From NCBI GenBank assembly GCA_965222115.1, contig CBDCTJ010000007.1, positions 160,001 to 224,000 on the forward strand: DNA of 64,000 nucleotides, given 5' to 3'. Source of the DNA: Planctomycetota bacterium. Lineage in GTDB: Bacteria > Planctomycetota > PLA2 > JAEUHO01. Positions within the stretch are counted from its first letter, which is position 1, and the number at the start of each line of letters is the position of its first letter. Made by a program: the position numbers and the translations under genes. Below are positions 28,425-36,869 of this stretch, piece by piece. The notes beneath the pieces were generated by a model. It was given only the letters and a program-made list of their open reading frames with translations. It did no database searches and was not told where the DNA came from.

Positions 28425-29462
28425 ATGACGTCCGTGACACCGCGCGATGAGACCATCGTTGTAACGGGCGGCGCTGGCTTTGTTGGCAGTGCTCTAGTGC
28501 GGCGGCTCTTGCGGCGCGACACCGCGCCGACCGTGATTTCGTTTGATGCACTTTCCTATGCGGGCCACCGCGAGAATTTGAGCGACCTCGACGACCCTTC
28601 GCGGCACACGCTTGTCGTGGGTGATATTGCAAATGCACGAGATGTTCAGCACTTGTTTGACGATACGAAGCCGACGGCACTCATCAATGTGGCTGCCGAA
28701 ACGCATGTCGATCGTAGCAACGTAAGCGCCATCGACTTCGTGCGCACCAACGTTCTGGGCACGCAGACGCTACTCGAGGCGGCTCGGCACGCAGGGATTC
28801 CCATGGTGCACGTTTCGACGGACGAAGTCTATGGGAGTCTGCGTGCGCCCGATCGTGCACGTCCTACATGTCCGCTACGCCCTACAAATCCGTATGCAGC
28901 CAGCAAAGCCGCGGGCGATCTCATGGCGCTCGCCGCACTCAAGACGCATGGCCAAGACGTCCGGATCACACGCTGCACGAACAACTACGGGCCACGCCAG
29001 ATGCCCGAAAAACTGATTCCACTCATGACGTTGCGGGCGCTCGCCGGGCAACCGATGCCGCTCTACGGCGATGGCCTTCACACGCGCGATTGGATTCACG
29101 TGGATGATCATGCCTCGGGCATTGTGGCCGCGCTTGACCGTGGCACGCCAGGCGCGATTTATCACTTCACAGCCAACTGCCCACGCACGAATCTCGACAT
29201 TGTTCGTGAGGTTACGAAGTACACCGGTGCGAGCGAATTGCTGATTCGACACGTCGACGATCGACCCGCACACGACCGGCGATACGCACTGGACGACGAG
29301 TCCACGCGCAGCGAGCTTGGCTGGGCACCCGTTGTTCCCTTTGCCTCAGGTCTTGAAGAGACCGTTCGGTGGTTTGGCGATCACCTCGACTGGTGCCGCG
29401 CCACCGGCTCCGAAAACATGCGCTCGTTTCTAAGAGCAAACTACGAAGCGCGCGGCACCTAA
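28425..29462 (+). CDS. rmlB: dTDP-glucose 4,6-dehydratase
   Basis: [66 protein letters not shown]. Confidence 0.95.
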   Translation: MTSVTPRDETIVVTGGAGFVGSALVRRLLRRDTAPTVISFDALSYAGHRENLSDLDDPSRHTLVVGDIANARDVQHLFDDTKPTALINVAAETHVDRSNVSAIDFVRTNVLGTQTLLEAARHAGIPMVHVSTDEVYGSLRAPDRARPTCPLRPTNPYAASKAAGDLMALAALKTHGQDVRITRCTNNYGPRQMPEKLIPLMTLRALAGQPMPLYGDGLHTRDWIHVDDHASGIVAALDRGTPGAIYHFTANCPRTNLDIVREVTKYTGASELLIRHVDDRPAHDRRYALDDESTRSELGWAPVVPFASGLEETVRWFGDHLDWCRATGSENMRSFLRANYEARGT

Positions 29463-29481
29463 CCACCGACTGGGACCGATC

Positions 29482-30114
29482 ATGGCGTACGACGAGCGGC
29501 TAGCTATTGCTGACATCACAGATGCCCTCGCAGGCATCGACATCTACGTGCTGGATCAGATCATGCGCGGTCGGTTGACGGCCAACCAGCGAGTGTTGGA
29601 TGTCGGGTGTGGCGCGGGAAGGAACGTGTCGCTCTTGATGGCGGCAGGTGCTGATGTGCATGGTGTGGATACGTCGGAGAGCACGATCGACGCGATTCGT
29701 AGGCGTGCGTTGCAGTTCGGCCTGGGCGACGTGGAAGAACGATTTAGGACGGCGGACGCGGCGGACTTGCCCCATGAAGACAACAGCTTTGATGCGGTCA
29801 TCTGCTGCGCGGTGCTTCACTTTGCGAGGGACGAGCTTCACTTTGACAACATGATCACGTCGTTGCGACGGGTATTGAAACCAGGAGGACTCCTTGTTGC
29901 GCGCCTCGCCTCGTCAATCGGCATCAAACAACTTGTTCAGCCTTTAGGAAAGGGGCAGTTTCGTATCCCGGACGGCTCAACGCGCTACCTCGTGAGTGAA
30001 GAGGACCTGCTACACCAGACTGAGCGTATCGGTGGCGAGCTACTCGATCCGATTAAGACCACCAATGTCCAGAATCTGCGCTGCATGACCACGTGGTGTG
30101 TGCGGTTGATGTAA
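29482..30114 (+). CDS. Class I SAM-dependent methyltransferase
   Basis: RVLDVGCGAGRN, FDAVICCAVLHF, RVLKPGG. Confidence 0.9.
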   Translation: MAYDERLAIADITDALAGIDIYVLDQIMRGRLTANQRVLDVGCGAGRNVSLLMAAGADVHGVDTSESTIDAIRRRALQFGLGDVEERFRTADAADLPHEDNSFDAVICCAVLHFARDELHFDNMITSLRRVLKPGGLLVARLASSIGIKQLVQPLGKGQFRIPDGSTRYLVSEEDLLHQTERIGGELLDPIKTTNVQNLRCMTTWCVRLM

Positions 30115-30255
30115 CCGCCATGCGCGGCAGAAGGGCAGCGAATAGCTTCTTGCGCCCAATTGATGTTGGATCGATGACTTCTTCCTGTGCCCACGGCTCT
30201 ACGTGTACACTCCCGGACTTCAACATCGAATTTGATTCAGCACTAAGGAGCTGTT

Positions 30256-30744
30256 ATGCGGACTTTTCTGACTTTGAGCGTGATGGTCGCGGGGCTCACG
30301 CTCGCGAGCTGCGGTGGAACGGCCACGGCGACAGGACCGGTTGGGTCTTGGGTCGTCGATCGCTCACAGACGCAACCACAAATCGAGAAGATGATGGCCG
30401 AGAAGGCGGGCATGCCGGGCGCAACCATGGACGACCTCTACGCAAAAATGCCTGAGGCCGCGCGAGACATGGTCAAAGAGCAGGTCGACAATATGTGGAA
30501 GATGATCGGAAGCGTAAAGGCGAAGCTGGACGCAGACAACACATACGAAATGCGATTCACGGAAGAAGATGGCAAGGCAAAGGTTCGCACTGGCAAGTGG
30601 TCGATCAATGGTGAGAACGTCACATTCACGCCCGACGACAAGGATCATACAGGCGATGTCCCTGACAGCGTCTTGTTTCGTAACGGCATGCTGGAGCTCA
30701 GCGGCAAAGGAATGCCCATTACGGTATTCATGACGCGCGGCTAA
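30256..30744 (+). CDS. Hypothetical lipoprotein (lipocalin-like, GxW motif)
   Basis: Lipobox LAS-C; GPVGSWVVD...TGKWSING. Confidence 0.7.
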   Translation: MRTFLTLSVMVAGLTLASCGGTATATGPVGSWVVDRSQTQPQIEKMMAEKAGMPGATMDDLYAKMPEAARDMVKEQVDNMWKMIGSVKAKLDADNTYEMRFTEEDGKAKVRTGKWSINGENVTFTPDDKDHTGDVPDSVLFRNGMLELSGKGMPITVFMTRG

Positions 30745-30907
30745 CCTATGGCCAAGCGTTCAGTGAACTTTCGCTGACCAAATAGTACATTCGCCGACGC
30801 GCCGCGCGCCCCTGCCACTCCCTGTGACTCGAGATACCTGAGTACGACGGACTGGCGTGTGACGGGTTCGCGGCGCGCGGTCGTTTTGGCGACAGGAAGG
30901 AGCAACC

Positions 30908-31450
30908 ATGCGTACGTTCGCGATGCTGGGTGCAATGGCGCTATCAATATCGCTTACAGCGTGTGGCAGAGATACAACTACGCTAGCTGGACCCGATGGA
31001 GTGTGGGTCCTCAACGTCGCGAGTACCGAGAGAGAGTTCGTTGAGAACCGGGTTGAGATCGCGATGGAACTGATGAAGGAGCAATTTAAAGAAATGCTCG
31101 AAGACATTCCAGAAGCCAATCGGCCAATGGCAGCTGCCAAACTTAGAGAGAAACTTGCGAGTCCCGAATCCGGCGCGCGATTGGAAAAGACACTGAGGCC
31201 CGTACTTGATCGGCTTTCTAACTGTAGGATCGAGCTCAAGCCCGGTGGCGCGTATCGGGCATCGCTCATCAACATGGATGGCATCCCTAGAGAGGATGAG
31301 GGCCAGTGGCGGCTGCGTGGCAACCGGGTCGAATTCAAGTCAGATCAATCAGACGCCTACGAAGGAGAGGTCGACGTCACTTTTGCAAACAATGCGTTGC
31401 GCCTAACCATTAGCAGATTTCCCTTTTCCGTGCACATGCGGCGCAAATAG
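30908..31450 (+). CDS. Hypothetical lipoprotein, paralogue of 30256-30744
   Basis: Lipobox LTA-C; GPDGVWVLN...EGQWRLRG. Confidence 0.7.
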   Translation: MRTFAMLGAMALSISLTACGRDTTTLAGPDGVWVLNVASTEREFVENRVEIAMELMKEQFKEMLEDIPEANRPMAAAKLREKLASPESGARLEKTLRPVLDRLSNCRIELKPGGAYRASLINMDGIPREDEGQWRLRGNRVEFKSDQSDAYEGEVDVTFANNALRLTISRFPFSVHMRRK

Positions 31451-31497
31451 GAAGGCCGTCTAAATGGTCGGGGGCGTCTCGCGCCTGGTCAACCACT

Positions 31498-32646
31498 TTA
31501 CTTCCCAGAATCCGGTTCGTTGGCCTGCCCGCTTCGAGATGGCTCCGCGTCACGCGACTTACTAAGCGCACCTACCAATGCCTTCTCTAGTTTCGCAACA
31601 TCGAAACCACGCGGCCCTCGATCGCCACGAAACGCAACCGTGCCAGCCGGTGCCAAGAGGAAGAGGCGATCCGGATCCGCGGCGTAGGCCTTCGACACCG
31701 TGTCGTTCATGTCGTCCACAAGCACCGGAATGGTGAGTCCGAGGTCCTTGGCGCATTTGCCCGCAACCTTGGAACGCGCTTCAAACGTCTTGGGGTCTTC
31801 CAACTTGATGTGTGATGCGGGGCGGCGCCATCCATCCGTGGGATGCGCTTCGCGTATATAGATCAAATGAAAGTCGGCTTGAGTCTTGTACTTGTTGTAG
31901 AGCGCTTCCAGGCGACCTGCCTGGCGTGTAAAGGGCCCTCAAGTGTGAGAGCCAAAGATCAAGACCGTAAAGCGCGTCGGACGACCGAGATCGATCACTT
32001 GATCACTGCCAAGCCGTTTGGCGGAGACGTTTGGTGCCCTGGACCCTACGGAAGGCGCACCATCACGGACGGCCTTGCCCGACACGGCCGATAACCACTC
32101 CTCGCGATCCAATACGCCGTCACCATTCTTGTCGGACCGCTCGTGAAACGCCTTCCACTCGTCAGCCGAGATCTTCTTGTCGCGGTTGGTGTCTAGTCGC
32201 TGAGCCGAGAGGGTGTTATTCGCACGCCGCGTCGCGCCGCGTTGCCCTTGGCGAGGTGAATTGCCGGCCCGCGACCTCACCGCATCCAAATCCTGCTTGG
32301 AGATGGCACCATCGCCGTCGACGTCGATACGATCAAAGTTGCGCTGCATGCGCCCCTCAACTTCGTCGCGCGTGATCTTTCCATCGCCATTCTTGTCGAA
32401 TCGTTCGGCGAAGCGCTCCCAATTGGGCACGCGGCCACGCATGCGCGCGTCACGGTCACGTCCACGGTTCTTGCGCGGCGGCTGACTCTCGGGCGTGGGT
32501 TCTGACTCAGGAGAATCGGACTGCGGCGACCCAGTTCCCGGCAACTCGCTGCCAGGCGACGGCTCGCCGCCAGGCGGCACGCCATCTTCGGCAAACGCCA
32601 TGCATGAGAATGAGAATGCCAAAATCAGAATCGTGAAGATACGCAT
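31498..32646 (-). CDS. Secreted EF-hand + iodothyronine deiodinase-like selenoprotein (Sec TGA at 31939-31941)
   Basis: Two track ORFs join in frame: ...VLIFGSHT-U-GPFTRQ...LIYIREAHPTDGW...LVDDMNDTVSKAYAADPDRL; four EF hands; SECIS-like hairpin. Confidence 0.88.
31908..31924 (-). promoter_or_regulatory. Bacterial SECIS-like hairpin
   Basis: CCAGGC-AGGTC-GCCTGG starting 14 nt after the UGA. Confidence 0.75.
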
Positions 32647-32688
32647 ATCGCTTGAACCCCAAGGCGCCCCATGAGTTCCGGGGACATA

Positions 32689-33312
32689 CTACCGGCGACG
32701 TTTGAGACTTCCTCGCAGCAGCGTATCGAGAACCTGCTTCGAGTAGACGTCGTGTTCGGTTTCCTCCAAGTCGAGCGGGCGCAGGACCGCCGCCCCCAAT
32801 CCAAGCTGGAGCATCAAAAACCCCGCCGTGGTAGGCGAGAGGCCGCGCCGAAGCGGTGCAGTCGTAAACACTTCGGCCAACCGCTCTCCGAGTGCACGCA
32901 CAACGGCTGCGGCTTCTGCTTGCAGATTTTCGTTGCCATCGGTGGCACGCGAGGCGGCGAGCACGATCCCCAGTTCCGCGCGACGACGATCCAAAAGCGC
33001 GGGTAGCGCATTGGCGAGCGCCCGCATGCGGGTGTGGGAGGTGCGTTTGCCCTCAAGCGCGGCGTCTAACTCCCGAAGTACGCGTGTGCCGGCTTCTTGG
33101 AGCGCGGCAACGAACAGCGCCTCTTTGTCATCGAAATGGCGATAGAGGATGGGTTCGGACACGCCACAGGCCGCAGCAATCTCGCGTGTGCCGGTGGCGG
33201 TAAGTCCCCCGGCAGCAAAGAGTGGTAGCGCGGCGTCAAGGATCTGTTTGCTTCGCTCAGCGGCAGGCAGGCGGCGGGGTGTCGATGACGGGTTGATTTT
33301 TCGGCTGGACAT
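32689..33312 (-). CDS. TetR/AcrR family regulator
   Basis: ILDAALPLFA..G...TGTREIAAACGVSEPILYRHFDDKEALF. Confidence 0.93.
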   Translation of the reverse strand: MSSRKINPSSTPRRLPAAERSKQILDAALPLFAAGGLTATGTREIAAACGVSEPILYRHFDDKEALFVAALQEAGTRVLRELDAALEGKRTSHTRMRALANALPALLDRRRAELGIVLAASRATDGNENLQAEAAAVVRALGERLAEVFTTAPLRRGLSPTTAGFLMLQLGLGAAVLRPLDLEETEHDVYSKQVLDTLLRGSLKRRR

Positions 33313-33377
33313 TTGGTTAGCATACGCTAACTTATGTTGTTAGCAAATGCTAACCACATCAGGAACGGGAGTCAACG

Positions 33378-35978
33378 ATGGACCCCTCCACCGAAAAGAC
33401 GATTCGCCAACTCACTCAGCGCATCGAAGTGCTGGAGCGTGCCGTGGGGATTCAACAGGCTTTTCCGGCGCGCCCCGCGCCAGCTCCTACGGAATCCAAG
33501 AAGTACGTGGCCCCCACCATCAAGCGCGCGCGCCTGGCGATATCGCCTGAGCCGAAGAGGGCTTCTGCGCCCACGCGAAGCAAGCCACTCGCGCTCACAC
33601 CACCCGCTCCCCAAGCCGAGTCTCCCACGAAGGCGCCCGCCCGTCGCGATCTCGAGAATCTCTTGGGTGCCGCCGTGCTCGGTCGCTTGGGTATCGCGGC
33701 AGTCGTCCTCGCCGCAGGCTACTTCGCGCAACTGGCCTATCGACACATGAACGACGTGTCCAAAGTGTTTGCGCTCTACGGGTTGTCTGCACTCTTCTGT
33801 GGGCTTGGCGTCTGGCTCAAGAAGCGCGCGCCGCGTTCTTACGTCGCCTTGATGTGGGGTGGCGCACTCGCGATTGCCTACATTGCGGGCGTAGCGGCGC
33901 GCTTGCGGTATGACCTCGTTTCCATGCCCGTGGGCTTACTGCTCTTGGTGGCAGCATCGTTCTACGGATTGCTACTCGCCTACAAGCTCAAACACAAAAC
34001 GCTCGCTACCGTCGCACTGGCAGGCGCCTTTGCCGCGCCGTTACTCGTGGGCTCAACCTTAAACAAACCGTGGTTCCTCTGTGCCTACCTACTGTTGTTG
34101 CACACCGGCTCGGCGTGGTTCGAACGCAAATGGAAATGGGAAAGCGCACGCATTGTCGGTGTCGTCGGCACGATCCTCGTTGCCCTCGTTTGGCTCAACA
34201 GCCACGGCCGTGTGGATGCGACGACGTATGTGTGTAGCTACCTGTACATCGCCGGGCTGATGGCCCCGGAATGGCTGCGCGCCATGAAGGGCGAGAAACC
34301 AACCGAATCACAATGGGGAGCCATCACGCTGCTGCTCTTGATTGCGTGTGGCGCCTTGTGGATCTACTCAGGGCTAGCAAACCGAATGATGGAATCCACG
34401 TCAATTGCAGGCGGTGTACTCGTGCTGAGCGCGCTCGCCATGCCCCGGCAACGATTTAGAGGCGTTGGCTTGCAGCAGGTCTTCGGCACCATCGGGTTGC
34501 TGCTTCTGGCCATTGGAACGCCGCTGCTACACAAGTCGTTCGGCGTCCAGGCGATATCGGGAAGCGTGTTTACAACCTACGTTGCGGCTACCATCGGCGT
34601 CCTGGCATGGTTGCTGCGCGGACGATTGCGGCTTTCGTACGCCGTGTGTGGTTTTGCAGTCACACTCGCTGTCGTTGCCATTCTCTGGAAGCGTCAAGCG
34701 ACGTTTCAACTTCTTCCGGGACTGGCCGCGGGTGTGCCGATTGCGCTTTTGGTGCTCGCGCGTTCCAGTACCGCCAGCGTGTATGGCATGCTGCTCGGAC
34801 TGTTGCTGCTCTTTGGGTATGGCACGCACTACCGTCAACCCGACTCGCTTTCACTCTTGCTCGCACTTGCCGCGGTATTCACCTCGGCGGTGATGATCGT
34901 TGGTCGAGCACGGCGGTATCGACTTGTCATGAACTACAGCGCGGGCGCGCTCGTCGCTGTATGTGGCGCCTGGATCGTCCTGTGGCTCAAAGGCATGTTT
35001 GGACCCACCACGACCAAGCTCGTTTCGCAACCAAGCCTTGCGGCTTGGACCATCGCAGCAATCACAATCTTCAATCTCACGGTATCCCGCGCATGGCTAC
35101 GCTTGCCACGACTACGACCCAACGCACGGGCTGCCTTGTGGCTGGCAGTCGTTGCGTTGCTCTATGCCGCTGTTCGTCGGGAAGTGGTGGATTGGCGAGT
35201 CTACGACGCAGCATCCAAGGGACTGGCCATCTCATGCACACTCGGCGTGGCCGCGATGGTGCTGGCAGTCTTTGCGCACTTACGCAACGCGCGTTTCGCG
35301 TCCGGACTTTCGCTCGTTTTCTTGGCGTGGGCCGCCGTGCGTGCCTGGCTCGACGTCTCCCTCGAACGATCGGAACTGACCAGCGCGCTGCAACTGGCTT
35401 GCATCGCGATTCCTGTTGTGGCTTCCACCATGCTTATGCCACGCATTGGTAGAGCGCTGTATTGGCTGCTGCCGAGTTCGCTCGTCCTCGCGGGCGTTAC
35501 ATGGTGCGCGGTCGCCATCACTCAAGACCCAACGGCACGTCCACTCAATCCCGTGTTCCTCTCAGGTATTGGTCTGGTCTCCGCATCGAGCGTTTCACTA
35601 CTACGCACGCGCTGGCGCTCCGCGCGCATCGACATCACGGTCGTCCTTATCTTCCTGTTCGCCTACATCGTGGGCGCAACCGAGCTCAAGCTACACACCC
35701 GCAACATCGGCGACTGGAGTCGCGTACTCATGAGCCTCTACACGGCCATATTCGCCGGCATAACGCTCGCCATTGGTTTCGCCAAGCGCATCCCAGCCGC
35801 GCGCTACCTCGCGCTTACGGGCTTCGGCCTTGTTGCACTCAAAGTTGGGCTCTACGACCTCGCCAACTCCCCTACGCCCTTACGCATTCTCGTGACGGGT
35901 GGCCTCGGCGCCGTCTTCTTGGTGGCGGCGTATGCGTATGCGCGCGTCGGAGACGCGTCGAGTAGACGGAGGTCCTGA
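33378..35978 (+). CDS. DUF2339-like polytopic membrane protein
   Basis: LENLLG..VLGRLG N-terminal motif, many TM helices, C-terminal LKVGLYDL...RIL. Confidence 0.8.
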   Translation: MDPSTEKTIRQLTQRIEVLERAVGIQQAFPARPAPAPTESKKYVAPTIKRARLAISPEPKRASAPTRSKPLALTPPAPQAESPTKAPARRDLENLLGAAVLGRLGIAAVVLAAGYFAQLAYRHMNDVSKVFALYGLSALFCGLGVWLKKRAPRSYVALMWGGALAIAYIAGVAARLRYDLVSMPVGLLLLVAASFYGLLLAYKLKHKTLATVALAGAFAAPLLVGSTLNKPWFLCAYLLLLHTGSAWFERKWKWESARIVGVVGTILVALVWLNSHGRVDATTYVCSYLYIAGLMAPEWLRAMKGEKPTESQWGAITLLLLIACGALWIYSGLANRMMESTSIAGGVLVLSALAMPRQRFRGVGLQQVFGTIGLLLLAIGTPLLHKSFGVQAISGSVFTTYVAATIGVLAWLLRGRLRLSYAVCGFAVTLAVVAILWKRQATFQLLPGLAAGVPIALLVLARSSTASVYGMLLGLLLLFGYGTHYRQPDSLSLLLALAAVFTSAVMIVGRARRYRLVMNYSAGALVAVCGAWIVLWLKGMFGPTTTKLVSQPSLAAWTIAAITIFNLTVSRAWLRLPRLRPNARAALWLAVVALLYAAVRREVVDWRVYDAASKGLAISCTLGVAAMVLAVFAHLRNARFASGLSLVFLAWAAVRAWLDVSLERSELTSALQLACIAIPVVASTMLMPRIGRALYWLLPSSLVLAGVTWCAVAITQDPTARPLNPVFLSGIGLVSASSVSLLRTRWRSARIDITVVLIFLFAYIVGATELKLHTRNIGDWSRVLMSLYTAIFAGITLAIGFAKRIPAARYLALTGFGLVALKVGLYDLANSPTPLRILVTGGLGAVFLVAAYAYARVGDASSRRRS

Positions 35979-36125
35979 CAGAAGAAACCAAGAAAGTGCT
36001 CGCGCTGCGAACCCGCATTTCCTAGGGTTCGGTTCTACGTTGATCGCAATGAGGCACGCATACTCCGTGTTTTGGATGGTGAGAGTTCTACGTGCTGGGT
36101 TTGCGAGTATCGTCTAGGAGGCAAA

Positions 36126-36812
36126 ATGACTCATCAACCGCTCGACGTCAATACGATGGTTGAAATCCTGCAAAATGGCGCCGTCGTCGGCTGGGGATTT
36201 GCCACGTCGCTCCCACCGCACGACACTACGCAGTTGAGTCTCCATGAACAGCGATGGCTTCTCAAGTCGAGCTACCAGCACGTTCCCAATATGAGTACGG
36301 AGATGAACTGGCGTCTGGCATCCCATCAATCGGTCATTACGTCGGTAGCCGAGTTCTTGAGCTGGGCGATGTCGCAGTTCAGTGCGGGCGATCGCTATCT
36401 AAAGGCCCTGTCGGCCACCTATGCGGTGCCGTCCAATCCGGTATCGCCCACCGCGGCACCACTCATGGGTCCAGGCTTTCCACAACCACCGGTTCACGCG
36501 AAAAGGGAATTGGACACCGGAACCGTAATCGTGATTTACAACACCCTGCCGTGCGCCAACGTGTATACCGAGTCGTCGTCGAATCAGTCGTCGGAGTTCT
36601 GGGCGTATGGGTCTCAATTCAGTACGCCACAGCAAACGCCGCTTGTCTTCCAACGAAGCAGTGTGCCGTCCCAACCTTCCGCGCATGCATTCGTACAAGA
36701 CGCCGTAATCCATGGGCTGCTAAACGATCAAGGGCTTCGCTTTGCGATGCCAGACTCCTTTGGGTGCGTGATGAGTAACTGGTACGAGTCGGTCCAAGCC
36801 GGTGAATCATAG
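36126..36812 (+). CDS. Hypothetical protein upstream of the kinase
   Basis: AGGAGG RBS before ATG 36126; no recognisable family. Confidence 0.6.
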   Translation: MTHQPLDVNTMVEILQNGAVVGWGFATSLPPHDTTQLSLHEQRWLLKSSYQHVPNMSTEMNWRLASHQSVITSVAEFLSWAMSQFSAGDRYLKALSATYAVPSNPVSPTAAPLMGPGFPQPPVHAKRELDTGTVIVIYNTLPCANVYTESSSNQSSEFWAYGSQFSTPQQTPLVFQRSSVPSQPSAHAFVQDAVIHGLLNDQGLRFAMPDSFGCVMSNWYESVQAGES

Positions 36813-36869
36813 TTTTCACCTACCACTGGTGTTAGTTGCGCGGCTCGGTCTAGCGGCGCAACGCTTTCT

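Noticed and set aside
28309-28680. Long N-terminal extension of RmlA
   Set aside because: It overlaps the divergent rmlB. The canonical MKGIVLAGG start is at 28308.
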